Below are positions 47,406 to 57,742 of a DNA stretch of 64,000 nucleotides, in pieces. The translations under genes and the position numbers were made by a program. This stretch comes from Planctomycetaceae bacterium (lineage in GTDB: Bacteria > Planctomycetota > PLA2): NCBI GenBank assembly GCA_011525755.1, contig WYBS01000033.1, forward strand, positions 3,691 through 67,690, read 5' to 3'. A model generated the notes under the pieces. It was given only the letters and a program-made list of their open reading frames with translations. It had not been told where the DNA came from and ran no database searches. Position 1 is the stretch's first letter, and every line of letters begins with the position of its first letter.

Positions 47406-48718
47406 CAGCAGACGCCCACGTACCGGCCGCGGAGCTTGTCGCGATCCGGGAGGTTCACGAGGTCGAGGACCACGTGGTCCTCCGTGAGGCAGCGCTGGAG
47501 CGCGGCGGTCAACTCGCGGGTCTTGAGGCCCACGACCACGATCCTCGAGCGCGCGATCAGGTCCTCGGCGCTCTCGACCATGAGGCTCCCGATGTGCGGG
47601 ATCACCTCCTCGATGTAGCGCCGGTTCGCGCCGACGAGGCGCGAGAGGCTCACCTCGGGGTCGTGGATCTTCAGGTCGAGCCCCTTGCCGAGGAAGCGCT
47701 CCGCCATCGTCACGAGCGGGCTCTCGCGCAGGTCGTCGGTGCCCGTCTTGAAGGCGAGGCCGATCATGCCGACACGCCGCTCGTTCTCGCCGAGCACCTT
47801 GTCGACGGCGTGGTCGATGTGCGCGCGGTTGCTCGCCATGACGCCCCGGAGCATCGGGATGTCGACGTCCTTGTGCTTCGCGACGTACGTGAGCGCCTTC
47901 AGGTCCTTCGGGAGGCACGAGCCGCCGAAGGCGAAGCCGGGCTTCAGGTAGGCCGTCGAGATGTTCAGGTGGGTGTCCTTGCAGAGCAGGTCCATCACCG
48001 GGTGCGGATCGACCCCGAGCGCCTGGCAGATGCGGCCGGCCTCGTTCGCGAACGTGATCTTCAGCGCGTGGAAGATGTTGCAGAAGTACTTGAGCATCTC
48101 GGCCACGCGGATCGACGTCTCGTGGAAGTGGCAGGGGAGGTGCCCGAAGACGCCGCGCACGGCCTCGACGGAGCGCGGCGAGTCGCCGCCCACGACGGTC
48201 ATCGGCGGGTGGTCGTAGTCCTTGATCGACGAGCCCTCGCGCATGAACTCCGGCTGGAAGCAGAGGCCGAAGCCCTCCCCGAGGCGCTTGCCGGAGTGCT
48301 CCTCGATCGCGCCCCGGACCATCCCCTCGACCGTGCCCGGCATGACCGTCGAGCGCACGACGAAGACGTGGTACCCGTCCTTGTCGCGCAGCGCCTTGCC
48401 GAGCTCGACGCAGAGGCGCTCCATGGCGGAGATGTCCTGGCTGCCGTTCGGGCGCGGCGGCGTGCCGACGCAGAGGAAGGAGAGGTCGGTCGCGCGGAGC
48501 GCCGCCGCCGCGTCGGTCGTGACCTCGACGCGCCCGCTCTTCACCGCCCCGGAGATCAGCTCCTGCATGCCGGCCTCGATCACCGGCGTCTGCCCGTTGC
48601 GGATCAAGTCGAGCTTCGTCGGGTCGATATCGACGCCGACGACGTGGTGGCCGTCCCGCGCGAGGCAGCCGAGCGAGACCGCCCCGACGTACCCGAGACC
48701 GAAGATGCTGATGCGCAT
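47402..48718 (-). CDS. ugd: UDP-glucose/nucleotide-sugar 6-dehydrogenase
   Basis: MRISIFGLGYVGAV. Catalytic Cys in GFAFGGSCLPKD. Confidence 0.9.
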   Translation of the reverse strand: MRISIFGLGYVGAVSLGCLARDGHHVVGVDIDPTKLDLIRNGQTPVIEAGMQELISGAVKSGRVEVTTDAAAALRATDLSFLCVGTPPRPNGSQDISAMERLCVELGKALRDKDGYHVFVVRSTVMPGTVEGMVRGAIEEHSGKRLGEGFGLCFQPEFMREGSSIKDYDHPPMTVVGGDSPRSVEAVRGVFGHLPCHFHETSIRVAEMLKYFCNIFHALKITFANEAGRICQALGVDPHPVMDLLCKDTHLNISTAYLKPGFAFGGSCLPKDLKALTYVAKHKDVDIPMLRGVMASNRAHIDHAVDKVLGENERRVGMIGLAFKTGTDDLRESPLVTMAERFLGKGLDLKIHDPEVSLSRLVGANRRYIEEVIPHIGSLMVESAEDLIARSRIVVVGLKTRELTAALQRCLTEDHVVLDLVNLPDRDKLRGRYVGVCW

Positions 48719-48720
48719 GC

Positions 48721-49974
48721 CTAATCCCTTTCGTCCCTTTCCGTGCTGCTTCGTGAAACCCCGGCGGCGACCGCCGTCGCGGCGGGACCATCGGCGCGTG
48801 TCACGCGCCGGACGATCTCGCCGAAGCGGCGCATCGCGCGGCTCCATGTGTGATGCGAGAGGATGCGGGCGCGCCCCGCCTCGGCGAAGCGCCGCCGTTC
48901 CGCCGGGTCCTCCAGGAGCCGGAGGATCGCGTCCGCGTTGCCCTCGGGCGTCGATGCCACGAGGATGTGCTCGCCCGCGACGCAGTCCACCCCCCTCGCC
49001 GCGACCTCGCTCGAGACGACGGGAACGCCCATCGCCAGCGACTCGAGGATCTTGTTCTGCGTGCCGCGCGCGATCGAGAGGGGCGCGACGGAGGCCGCCG
49101 ACCGGACGACGTACGGCCGCACGTCCTTGACCGCGCCCGTCACCGTGACGCCCGGGATGCGCGCGAGGCGCCGCACGGCGGGCGTCGGGTCGGAGCCGAC
49201 GATCAGGAGCCGGATCCCGGGCCGGCGCGCGCGCAGGAGCGGGAGCGTCCGCGCGCAGAAGTCGACCATGCAATCGCTGTTCGGGAAGTAGTCCATCTTC
49301 CCGACGAAGCAGATCGTGTCGGGGTCGTAGGGCTCCGCCGAGGGGCGGAAGTACTCGACATCCGCGCCGTTCGGAAACCACTCCGCGGGCACCCCCGTGC
49401 CGTAGCTCTCGAGCGTCTGCGCCTCGAAGGGCGTCGCGCACGTGCACGCGTCGAACTTCCGTGCCAGCTCCTCCTCCGCGCGGCGGAGCTTCGTTCCCTC
49501 GATCCGGTAGCCGAGGGAGAGGGGGAAGGGCCGGACCTTCGCGTACTCGAGCCACTTCTGCGAGTCCATGTCGACGAAGTCGAGGATCTTCGCGGGCCCG
49601 CGGACGTCCGCGACGTAGGGCGCGACCGAGGAGCTGTGCGCGAGGACGAGGTCGTATGTCCTCGCGGCGAGCTCCTCCCGCACGCGGTGGAGAAGCCTCG
49701 GCGACAGGAAGTAGCCCATCGACGAAGGCGTCCGGTTCATGAGGTTCCCGATCATCCGGAGCCGTGCCGCCAGCGGCGGGATCTCCTCGGCAAGCACGCG
49801 GTGGCACTGGTCCTCGATTCCCCGGCCCTCCTCCCGCTCCTGCGGAGAGCGGAAGGGCGCGGCGAGCGTGACCTCGTGCTCCTGCGCGAGGTGCTTCAGG
49901 ATGTGGTAGGACCGGATCTTCGCACCGCTCGAGGGAGGGTACGGGAACCGGTGGCAGAGAAGCATCACCCGCAT
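48721..49974 (-). CDS. Glycosyltransferase family 4
   Basis: ATG at 49974 with GGAG 7 nt upstream. MRVMLLCHRFPYPPSSGAKIR. Confidence 0.8.
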   Translation of the reverse strand: MRVMLLCHRFPYPPSSGAKIRSYHILKHLAQEHEVTLAAPFRSPQEREEGRGIEDQCHRVLAEEIPPLAARLRMIGNLMNRTPSSMGYFLSPRLLHRVREELAARTYDLVLAHSSSVAPYVADVRGPAKILDFVDMDSQKWLEYAKVRPFPLSLGYRIEGTKLRRAEEELARKFDACTCATPFEAQTLESYGTGVPAEWFPNGADVEYFRPSAEPYDPDTICFVGKMDYFPNSDCMVDFCARTLPLLRARRPGIRLLIVGSDPTPAVRRLARIPGVTVTGAVKDVRPYVVRSAASVAPLSIARGTQNKILESLAMGVPVVSSEVAARGVDCVAGEHILVASTPEGNADAILRLLEDPAERRRFAEAGRARILSHHTWSRAMRRFGEIVRRVTRADGPAATAVAAGVSRSSTERDERD

Positions 49975-50179
49975 GAGGACTCCGTGCCGATGGGCGGCGC
50001 GACGGCGTGGGACGAGAGGAAGGTGCGGCGCATGGGAGGGCGTCTCAGCGCGGGACGACGGTGTCGATGGACAATGCCATGGCCAAGCCGGCAACGAGCA
50101 AGCCCCGGGCCACACGCGGCCGCGGCGTTCCCCGTGCCGGGCATCGCGTCCCCCGGAGCCCCCCCGCGATGGTCTGCGT

Positions 50180-51406
50180 TCACGAGGCGCGACGCTCCGT
50201 GTGCGCGCGGCGCACCAGCCGCTCGTAGACGGGAAGGTAGCGCGAGACGCTCCTCCTCCAGTTCCGCTCCTCCTCGACGTAGCGGCGCGCCGACTCCCGC
50301 AGCGCGGGCCAGCGCGCGGGGGAGGCGAGGAGCGCCCCCACGGCGTGCGCGAGCGACTTCGGGTCGTTCGCGCGGAAGAGGATGCCGGTCCCGTCGTCCC
50401 GGATCATCTCGCGGTGGCCGCCGATGTCGCTCGCCGCGACGACGCATCCCTGCGCCATCGCCTCGAGCGGCTTCAGGGGCGTCACGATGCGGGTCAGGCG
50501 CAGGTCGAGGCGCGGGTAGACCATCACGTCGCAGACGGAGTAGTAGTCCGCGACGCGCTCGTGCGGGACCCGGCCGACGAAGCGGACCGACTCGCCGAGC
50601 CCGAGCCGCTCCGCCTGCTCGCGGAGCCGCTTCTCCTCGTAGCCTCCCCCGACGAGGAGCAGGCGCACGTCGGGGTTCGTCGCCGTGATGCGCGTCATGG
50701 CGTCGAGCAGGACATGCAGCCCCTCGTAGGCGTAGAACGAGCCGATGAAGCCGAGGACCCGCTTGCCCCGGAGCCCGAGGCCGTCGACGAGCGCCGGATC
50801 CGCGGCGCGGCCGTAGGCGAACGCCTCGGGATCGACCGCGTTCGGGATGACCGTGATGCGCTCCGGGGGGATGCCGCGGGCCTCGATCTCCTCGCGGAGG
50901 CCCTCGCAGATGGTCATGATCGCGTCCGCCTGGCGCAGGATGCGCGTCTCGAGCAGCCGCGTCACGCGGTAGCGCAGGTCGCCCTCGCGGCAGGTGCCGT
51001 GATCGACCGCGGCATCCTCCCAGGAGGCGCGCATCTCGTAGACGAACGGGATGCCGAGGCTCCGCGCGACGGGCAGCGCGGCGATCGCGGTGAGGCACGG
51101 CGAGTGGGCGTGGATGATGTCCGGCTTCGTCACGCGGGCGACCTCGGCCGTGCGGCGTCGCAGGTCGCGTACGATCGCCAGGTTGCGCAGCACGGCGGGG
51201 CGCGAGAGGAACCTGCGCGGCGGCGCGGTCCGGTGGAAGCGGAATCCGTCGACTTCCTGATCGACGGCGTTCCCCTGCTTCCCGCTCGTGAGCTGGTCCG
51301 TCTCGATGCCCATCGCGCGCTGCTGGCGGAGGATCGACCGCGTGCGGAAGCTGTAGCCGCTGTGCAGCGGGATCGAATGGTCGAGGATGTGGAGGACCCG
51401 GGTCAC
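50180..51406 (-). CDS. Glycosyltransferase family 4 (PEP-CTERM/EpsH1-associated sugar-transferase-like)
   Basis: MTRVLHILDHSIPLHSGYSFRTRSIL N-terminus, typical of the exosortase-system GT4 subfamily. Confidence 0.8.
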   Translation of the reverse strand: MTRVLHILDHSIPLHSGYSFRTRSILRQQRAMGIETDQLTSGKQGNAVDQEVDGFRFHRTAPPRRFLSRPAVLRNLAIVRDLRRRTAEVARVTKPDIIHAHSPCLTAIAALPVARSLGIPFVYEMRASWEDAAVDHGTCREGDLRYRVTRLLETRILRQADAIMTICEGLREEIEARGIPPERITVIPNAVDPEAFAYGRAADPALVDGLGLRGKRVLGFIGSFYAYEGLHVLLDAMTRITATNPDVRLLLVGGGYEEKRLREQAERLGLGESVRFVGRVPHERVADYYSVCDVMVYPRLDLRLTRIVTPLKPLEAMAQGCVVAASDIGGHREMIRDDGTGILFRANDPKSLAHAVGALLASPARWPALRESARRYVEEERNWRRSVSRYLPVYERLVRRAHTERRAS

Positions 51407-51651
51407 GGCCGGCCCCCCCGGAGCCCCCCCCGGATCCCTGCGCGGGGCGCGTTCGCACGGTCAGGGCACGATGTCCCTTCGATGTTGCGCGCGGACCACA
51501 CGATCATGAGGTCGGGGCAGGTATGCAAGCCATGGGCCATCGGGCGCCCGCCGGCGCGTACGGGCTCCCACCCTGTCCCGCGGCATGGCGCTTGCGCGGA
51601 TCCGCATCCCGTCGGGAACTCGTCCACAACCGGCAACATGAGGGAACACCG

Positions 51652-52917
51652 TTGAATCTCGCATCCGTCGACAGGGAGGGCTCGCGCGCCGTCCCCGCCG
51701 CCCCGCCTCCGGCCAGGAGCGCCGCCGCGCGCCTCCTCGGGATCCTCGCGCGCCGCAACCGCGCGTTCCGCCGGCTCGTCGTCGCGGACCAGATCCGCTT
51801 CATGACCGGCATGATCCGCCCGGTCGAGGGCGAGATCCGCGAGCGCGCCGACGCCGCGATCGCGTGGCTCCTCCGCGCGCAGGACGGGAGCGAGGACCGC
51901 GGCGTGTCGATGGGCTACTACCCGCTCGACCCCGAGGCGGCCGCGCGCGGCGGCTGGATGCCCTCGTACCCCGAGACCACGGGGTACATCATGCAGACGC
52001 TCCTCGCGTACGCCGAGCGGCACGGCCGCGGCGATCTCGTGGAGCGCGCGATGGAGATGGCGCGCTGGGAGATCGGGATCCAGATGTCCGACGGCGCCGT
52101 GATGGGCGGGCATCTCCGCCCGCCGGAGCAGCGGAGGGCCGCCGCGTTCAACACCGGCATGGTCCTCCAGGGCTGGACCGCCGCGTACCGGGCGACCGGG
52201 GATGCGGCCGTCCTCGGCGCCGCCCGGCGCGCCGCCGACTGGCTCGTCGCCGACCAGGGCGAGGACGGGCACTACCGCACCCACGGCACGCTCGTCCCGG
52301 ACGCGCGGGTCAAGACCTACAACAGCCTCTGCTCGTGGGCGCTCTACCGCTTCGGCGAGGACACCGGCGAGCAGCGCTACAAGGACGCGGCCGTCCGGAA
52401 CATCACGGCGACGGTCGGCGAGCAGCGGCCGAGCGGCTGGTTCGCGAACAACTGCCTCACGCACCCCGCGACGCCGCTCCTCCACACGATCGGCTACACG
52501 CTGCAGGGCGTGCTCGAAGTGGGGATCCTCTCGGGCGAGAAGCGGTTCGTCGAGGCGGCGCGCCGCGGCACGCTGCCGCTGCTCCCGCTCATCTCGCGGA
52601 AGGGTTTCATCCGCGGCCGCTTCCGCGAGGACTGGACGGCCGCCGCGCGCTGGTCCTGCCTCACGGGCAACGCGCAGCTCGCGGTCGTCTGCTTCCGGCT
52701 CCACGAGGTGACGGGCGAGAAGGCCTTCCTCGACGCCGCGAACCGGCTCACGAACCTCCTGAAGGCGCTCCAGAGCCTCCGCACCGGCGACCCGGGGATC
52801 GACGGCGCGATCCCGGGCTCGTTCCCGATCTTCGGCGGCTACATGACCGCGGGTTTCCCGAACTGGGCGACGAAGTACTACCTCGACGCCCTGCTCGCGC
52901 AGGAGCGTGCGGGTTGA
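51652..52917 (+). CDS. Hypothetical Trp-rich alpha-helical protein (possible alpha/alpha-toroid fold)
   Basis: TTG at 51652 with GAGGGA 7 nt upstream. No confident family. The start is uncertain, and the track opens this frame at 51523. Confidence 0.45.
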   Translation: MNLASVDREGSRAVPAAPPPARSAAARLLGILARRNRAFRRLVVADQIRFMTGMIRPVEGEIRERADAAIAWLLRAQDGSEDRGVSMGYYPLDPEAAARGGWMPSYPETTGYIMQTLLAYAERHGRGDLVERAMEMARWEIGIQMSDGAVMGGHLRPPEQRRAAAFNTGMVLQGWTAAYRATGDAAVLGAARRAADWLVADQGEDGHYRTHGTLVPDARVKTYNSLCSWALYRFGEDTGEQRYKDAAVRNITATVGEQRPSGWFANNCLTHPATPLLHTIGYTLQGVLEVGILSGEKRFVEAARRGTLPLLPLISRKGFIRGRFREDWTAAARWSCLTGNAQLAVVCFRLHEVTGEKAFLDAANRLTNLLKALQSLRTGDPGIDGAIPGSFPIFGGYMTAGFPNWATKYYLDALLAQERAG

Positions 52918-53963
52918 CGACCAAGGCGGGCGACGTGCTCCGCACCCGGGCCGCCGATCCGTCCGAGGCGGGCATCCGCGCGGTCCTTTCGCGCAACCTG
53001 CCCGACGCCGCGCCGGCCGAGCGGATCGCCTGGCTCTACGGGGAGAATCCCTGCGGGCCGGCGCTCGTCTGGGTCGCGGAGCGGGAGGGGTCCGGGGAGC
53101 CCGTGGCGACCTCCGCGGCGCACCGCAGGGCCTTCCGGATCGACGGCAAGGAGGCGCTCGCGCTCAACCTCTCCGACTTCGCGATCGACGCGGGCTACCG
53201 TACGCTGGGCCCGGCGCTCGGGCTCCTCCGCGCGACGCTCGCGGCGGTCGCGGAGAGGGGCTTCGCGATGAGCTACGACGTGCCGAGCGAGTCGATGCTC
53301 GCGCTCTACAGGCGCCTCGGCTACGTCGAGCTCGGCCGGATGGAGCGGCACGTGCGCCCGCTCTCGCTCGCGCCGGCGCTCGGGCGTCGTGTCGGCGGCA
53401 TGGCGCGTCTTCTCGCCCCGCCGCTCGACTGGCTGCTGCGCGCGCGCGACGCGTTCACCGCCGTGCCTCGGGGCGTGCGCGTGGAGCCGCTCGAGGGCGC
53501 GTTCGGCGCGGAGTTCGACGCGCTCGAGGCGAGGGAGGCGTCGCGCCACCGCGTGCGCGGCGTCCGCTCGGCCGCCTACCTCGACTGGCGCTACCGGCGA
53601 CACACGATGTGGAAGCACGGCGTCCTCTGCGCCCGCCGCGGCGGGGATCTCGTGGGCTTCGCCGTCTGGCGCGAGGCGGGCGACGTCCTCGGGATCGCGG
53701 AGCTCGTGGACGGCCAGGACCTGGGCGTCGCGCGGGCGCTCGTGAAGGCGCTCGCGTCGCTCGGCCGCAAGCGGGGTGCGGCGGCGCTGTCGGCGGAGAC
53801 GCTCGCCGGGAGCCCGTCGGCGGCGCGCTTCCGGGACCTCGGGTTCGTGAAGAGGGGCGACGGCCCCGGGCCCGTCGTCTACGTACCGCCGGGCTCGCCG
53901 GTCGGGCCGGAGCTCCTCGATGCGCGCCACTGGTGGTTCCTCGGCGGCGACCGCGACATCTGA
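52913..53963 (+). CDS. GNAT-family acetyltransferase-like protein (about 350 aa)
   Basis: TTG start overlaps the upstream TGA (TTGA). Acetyltransferase-like segment AERGFAMSYDVPSESMLALYRRLGYVELG. Confidence 0.6.
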
Positions 53964-54015
53964 GAGCGAGGGTGGAGCGGGGCCGTGTCCGGCGCGGTTG
54001 AGCCGTAGCCGGCCG

Positions 54016-54259
54016 GTGTGCGAACATCCGGCGGTCGCCGTCCCTCGCGGATCGGCCGCAGGAGCGCCGCAGCCGACCGTGTGCGAACGTCTGGCGCCGG
54101 CTTGCCGAGGGTATTGCCGCCCGCCGTTCCGGGGCGAACCGCGAACACCTGCCGCCTCTCTCCCGGATGCGCGGGGCCGTTCTCCTCGCGAGCGGCCGAC
54201 GGGCAAGCACCGGAAGCTGCGGACTTCGCCTGCCGGGAAGGCGAACATCCGGCGCCCGG
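54016..54259 (+). promoter_or_regulatory. Four direct repeats of about 17 bp (GYGCGAACRTCYGGCGSC) in the 640-bp leader upstream of the ACP operon
   Basis: Copies at about 54016-54034, 54078-54097, 54131-54155 (degenerate) and 54235-54259. Spacing is about 62, 62 and 100 bp. Confidence 0.55.
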
Positions 54260-54603
54260 CCGAGTGGCCGGGTCGATGTCACGCGGGCGCCGGCACGGGC
54301 GGGCCCCGGGGCCAGCGCAGGACGTGGATCCTGTGCATTCCGTACATCCATACTGAACAGGGGGGACAGGATCCAGGGTCGTCCGGTCGCCGGTCCGCCG
54401 GAGCCCCTCGCCGCGTCGTCCGCGAGCCGTCCCGCGCCCTCGAACCCGCCCCTGGAAGCGCCGCACAACCGCGGGGCGCCCCGCCCCCCGGGTGTCGCGC
54501 GCATCCGACGCCCCGGCCCCCGCGCGTCGCGCCGGATCGACGCGATCCGCCCCCCGGGCCCCCCTTCTTCCGTGGTCCGTGATTTGCCGGTAGGCTTCCC
54601 CTG

Positions 54604-54873
54604 ATGCCCGAATCGCGAGCCCATGCCACGCCCGGAACGACGGACGAGATCCGGGCCTTCATCCGCCGCCGGTTCCCCCTTGCGGTCACGGCGGCCGTGA
54701 CGGATGAGGACTCGCTCCTCGACTCCGGCATCATCGACTCGCTCGGGATCCTCGATCTCGTCGCGTTCCTCGAGAAGACCTACGCCATCCGGGTCGGCGA
54801 CGAGGAGCTGAACCCCGGGAACTTCGACAGCATCGCGAGCGTGGCCCGCTTCGTCGCGACGAAGAAGGCCTAG
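54604..54873 (+). CDS. Acyl carrier protein
   Basis: 89 aa with the phosphopantetheine-attachment motif GIIDSLGILDL. Confidence 0.85.
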   Translation: MPESRAHATPGTTDEIRAFIRRRFPLAVTAAVTDEDSLLDSGIIDSLGILDLVAFLEKTYAIRVGDEELNPGNFDSIASVARFVATKKA

Positions 54874-54881
54874 GAGGGGGC

Positions 54882-56453
54882 GTGGCCTACCTTCTCCATC
54901 ACCTCCTCGAGGCGACGGCGGAGCGCCTCCCGCGCAAGGAGGCGGTCGTCGACAAGGAGCGGCGCTTCGACTACGGCGAGCTGCTCGCGGCCGCCTCGAC
55001 CTGCGCCGGGATGCTCAAGGACCTGTCCCTCGCGCGCCGCGACCGCGTCGCGATCTTTCTCGACAAGTCCTTCGAGGAGGCTGCGTCGATCTTCGGGATC
55101 AGCCGCGCGGGCGGCGTCTTCGTCCCCATCAACGCGCTCCTGAAGCCGCCGCAGGTCGCGCACATCGTGAACGACTGCGGCGTCCGTGTCCTCATCACGA
55201 GCGGGCTCCGGTGGAAGATGCTCGAGGAGGCCTTGAAGGACGCACCGTCGCTCGAGCGCGTGCTCCTCGTGGACGACCCGCGCGGCGCGGCCGACCCGCG
55301 CGTGGTCGCGCGCCTCTTCGACGAGCCGCGCGCCCCGGGCGCCCCGAGCCCCTGCATCGGCGAGGATCTCGCCGCGATCCTCTACACCTCGGGCTCCACC
55401 GGGCGCCCGAAGGGCGTGATGCTCTCGCACAGGAACCTCCTCGCGGGCTCGCGGATCGTCCGCACGTATCTCGGGATCCGGGAGGAGGAGCGGATCCTCT
55501 CCGTGCTCCCGTTCAGCTTCGACTACGGGCTCAACCAGCTCGTCACGGCGGTCGAGAAGGGCGCGACCACGGTGCTCCTGTCCTTCCGCTTCGGCGACGA
55601 GATCGTCCGCGCGTGCGCGAACGAGCGGATCACGGGCCTCGCCGGCGTGCCGACCGTGTGGGCGCTGCTCGCGGGCGCCGCGCCCTCGCTGCCGAAGACG
55701 CAGCTCCCGCACCTCCGCTACCTGACGAACAGCGGCGGCGCGGTGCCGACGGAGACCGTGAGGAAGATCCGCACGCTGCTCCCTGGCACGGACTTCGTCC
55801 TCATGTACGGGCTCACGGAGGCGTTCCGCTCGACCTACCTGCCGCCGTCGGAGATCGACAGGCGCCCGGGCTCGATGGGGAAGGCGATCCCCGAGACGGA
55901 GATCATGGTCGTGAACGAGAAGGGCGAGCGCTGCCGGCCGGGCGAGGTGGGCATCCTCGTCCACCGCGGCCCGACCGTCTCGCTCGGCTACTGGAACCGG
56001 CCGGAGGACACGGCGCGCGTGCTGCGTCCGAACCCGCTCGTGGCGCCGAACGAGGGGGCCGACGTCGTCTGCTACTCCGGCGACCTCGTGCGGATGGACG
56101 AGGAGGGGTACCTCTACTTCCTCGGCCGCGGCGACGCGATGATCAAGTCGAGCGGCTACCGCATCAGCCCCTCCGAGGTCGAGGAGGTGCTGATGGCGAC
56201 GGGGCTCCTCGCGCAGGTCGCGGTGATCGGCGTGCCCGACCCCGCGGTGGGCGAGCGCGTGCACGCGGTCGCGGTCGCGGCCGAGGGCAAGGCGAAGGAC
56301 ACCGAGTCGATCCTCGCGCGCTGCGCGAAAGACCTCCCGGCGCACATGGTGCCGCGCGAGATCGAGTACGTGGACGAGCTTCCGCGCTCCCCGAACGGCA
56401 AGGTGGACTACAAGCTCCTGAAGGCGCAGCGCGCCGCGGGGCAAGTGGCATAG
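54882..56453 (+). CDS. AMP-forming acyl-CoA/ACP ligase (exosortase-A-system-associated type)
   Basis: GTG at 54882 with GGAGG 6 nt upstream. AMP-binding motif YTSGSTGRPKGV. 523 aa. Confidence 0.9.
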   Translation: MAYLLHHLLEATAERLPRKEAVVDKERRFDYGELLAAASTCAGMLKDLSLARRDRVAIFLDKSFEEAASIFGISRAGGVFVPINALLKPPQVAHIVNDCGVRVLITSGLRWKMLEEALKDAPSLERVLLVDDPRGAADPRVVARLFDEPRAPGAPSPCIGEDLAAILYTSGSTGRPKGVMLSHRNLLAGSRIVRTYLGIREEERILSVLPFSFDYGLNQLVTAVEKGATTVLLSFRFGDEIVRACANERITGLAGVPTVWALLAGAAPSLPKTQLPHLRYLTNSGGAVPTETVRKIRTLLPGTDFVLMYGLTEAFRSTYLPPSEIDRRPGSMGKAIPETEIMVVNEKGERCRPGEVGILVHRGPTVSLGYWNRPEDTARVLRPNPLVAPNEGADVVCYSGDLVRMDEEGYLYFLGRGDAMIKSSGYRISPSEVEEVLMATGLLAQVAVIGVPDPAVGERVHAVAVAAEGKAKDTESILARCAKDLPAHMVPREIEYVDELPRSPNGKVDYKLLKAQRAAGQVA

Positions 56454-56455
56454 GG

Positions 56456-57742
56456 ATGCACCCGCACCCCCTCCTGCCCTCGCTGCTCCCTCACTTCCCC
56501 CCGGAGCGCGGCGAGATGACGGTGGGGGGGATCCCCGTCTCCGACCTCGCCCGCGAGTTCGGCACGCCGCTCTACGTCTACGACGCGGCGATCCTCCGGG
56601 CGCGGCTCGATCTCCTGCGCGCGGCGGTGCCGAAGGCGGATGTCTACTACTCGGTCAAGGCGAACCCGAACCCCGCGGTCGTCTCCGTCTTCGCGAAGGC
56701 GGGCGCGGGGCTCGAGGTGGCGTCGGCGGCCGAGTACCTGCGCGCGCGCGCGGGCGGCGGGAAGCCGGAGCGGATCCTCTTCGCCGGTCCCGGCAAGGGC
56801 GAGGAGGAGCTGCGGCTCGTGGTCGAGCGGGGGATCGGCGAGATCCACGTCGAGTCCCGCGAGGAGATCTCCTTCCTCTCGAAGCTGGGGGGCTCCGGGG
56901 GCAGGCCGGTGCCCGTGTCCCTTCGCGTGAACCCGAAGGCGGACGTCTCCGGCGGCGCGATGCGGATGGGCGGGCAGCCCGCCGCGTTCGGTTTCGACGA
57001 GGAGATCCTCGACGATGTCGTTCGCGATATCTGCGCGCGGCCGGGGCTCGCGTTCCAGGGGATCCACATCTTCGCGGGGACGCAGATCCTCGACGCGAAG
57101 GTGCTGCTCGCGCAGTGGGGGCGCGCTCTGGACGTCGCGCGCCGCGCCGGCGCGGTCGCCGGGAGGCCCGTGAGGACGATCGACCTCGGCGGCGGCCTCG
57201 GCGTGCCGTACTTCGGGAACGAGACGGAGCTCGACCTCGCCGCGGTGAAGGCGGGCGCGGCGGAGCTCTTCCGGGGCGTCGACGCGCGCGTGATCCTCGA
57301 GCCCGGGCGCTTCCTCGCGGGGCCCGCGGGGGTCTACCTCGCGCGCACGCGGACCGTGAAGGAGTCGCGCGGGAAGACGTTCGTCGTCCTCGACGGCGGG
57401 ATGAACCATCATCTCGCGGCGTCGGGCAACCTCGGCCAGGTGATCAAGCGCGACTACCCGGTCGTGAACGCGTCTCGCGTGGGGGAAGCTGCCTCGCAGG
57501 CCGCCGCGGTGGTCGGTCCCCTCTGCACCCCCCTGGATACTCTCGCGAGGGACGCCTCGCTCGCGCCCGTGCGCGCGGGCGACCTGCTCGCCGTGCTGCA
57601 GTCGGGCGCCTACGGCCTCTCCGCGAGCCCGGTCGGGTTCCTGTCGCACCCGATGCCCGCGGAGGTGCTCGTGGACGGCGGGAACGCGACGCTGATCCGG
57701 CCGCGCGGGACGTTCGAGAAGCCGATCACGGAGCTGCCGTGA
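56456..57742 (+). CDS. PLP-dependent decarboxylase, fold III (DapDC/ODC-like), exosortase-A-system-associated type
   Basis: YYSVKANPN carries the PLP Lys. GTPLYVYD. An alternative start exists at the MTVGG Met (about 56516). Confidence 0.85.
   Translation: MHPHPLLPSLLPHFPPERGEMTVGGIPVSDLAREFGTPLYVYDAAILRARLDLLRAAVPKADVYYSVKANPNPAVVSVFAKAGAGLEVASAAEYLRARAGGGKPERILFAGPGKGEEELRLVVERGIGEIHVESREEISFLSKLGGSGGRPVPVSLRVNPKADVSGGAMRMGGQPAAFGFDEEILDDVVRDICARPGLAFQGIHIFAGTQILDAKVLLAQWGRALDVARRAGAVAGRPVRTIDLGGGLGVPYFGNETELDLAAVKAGAAELFRGVDARVILEPGRFLAGPAGVYLARTRTVKESRGKTFVVLDGGMNHHLAASGNLGQVIKRDYPVVNASRVGEAASQAAAVVGPLCTPLDTLARDASLAPVRAGDLLAVLQSGAYGLSASPVGFLSHPMPAEVLVDGGNATLIRPRGTFEKPITELP

Noticed and set aside
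54089-54106. Possible sigma54 promoter (TGGCGCcggcTTGCC) upstream of the ACP operon
   Set aside because: The GG-to-GC spacing is one nucleotide shorter than the -24/-12 consensus, so it is not reported as a feature.
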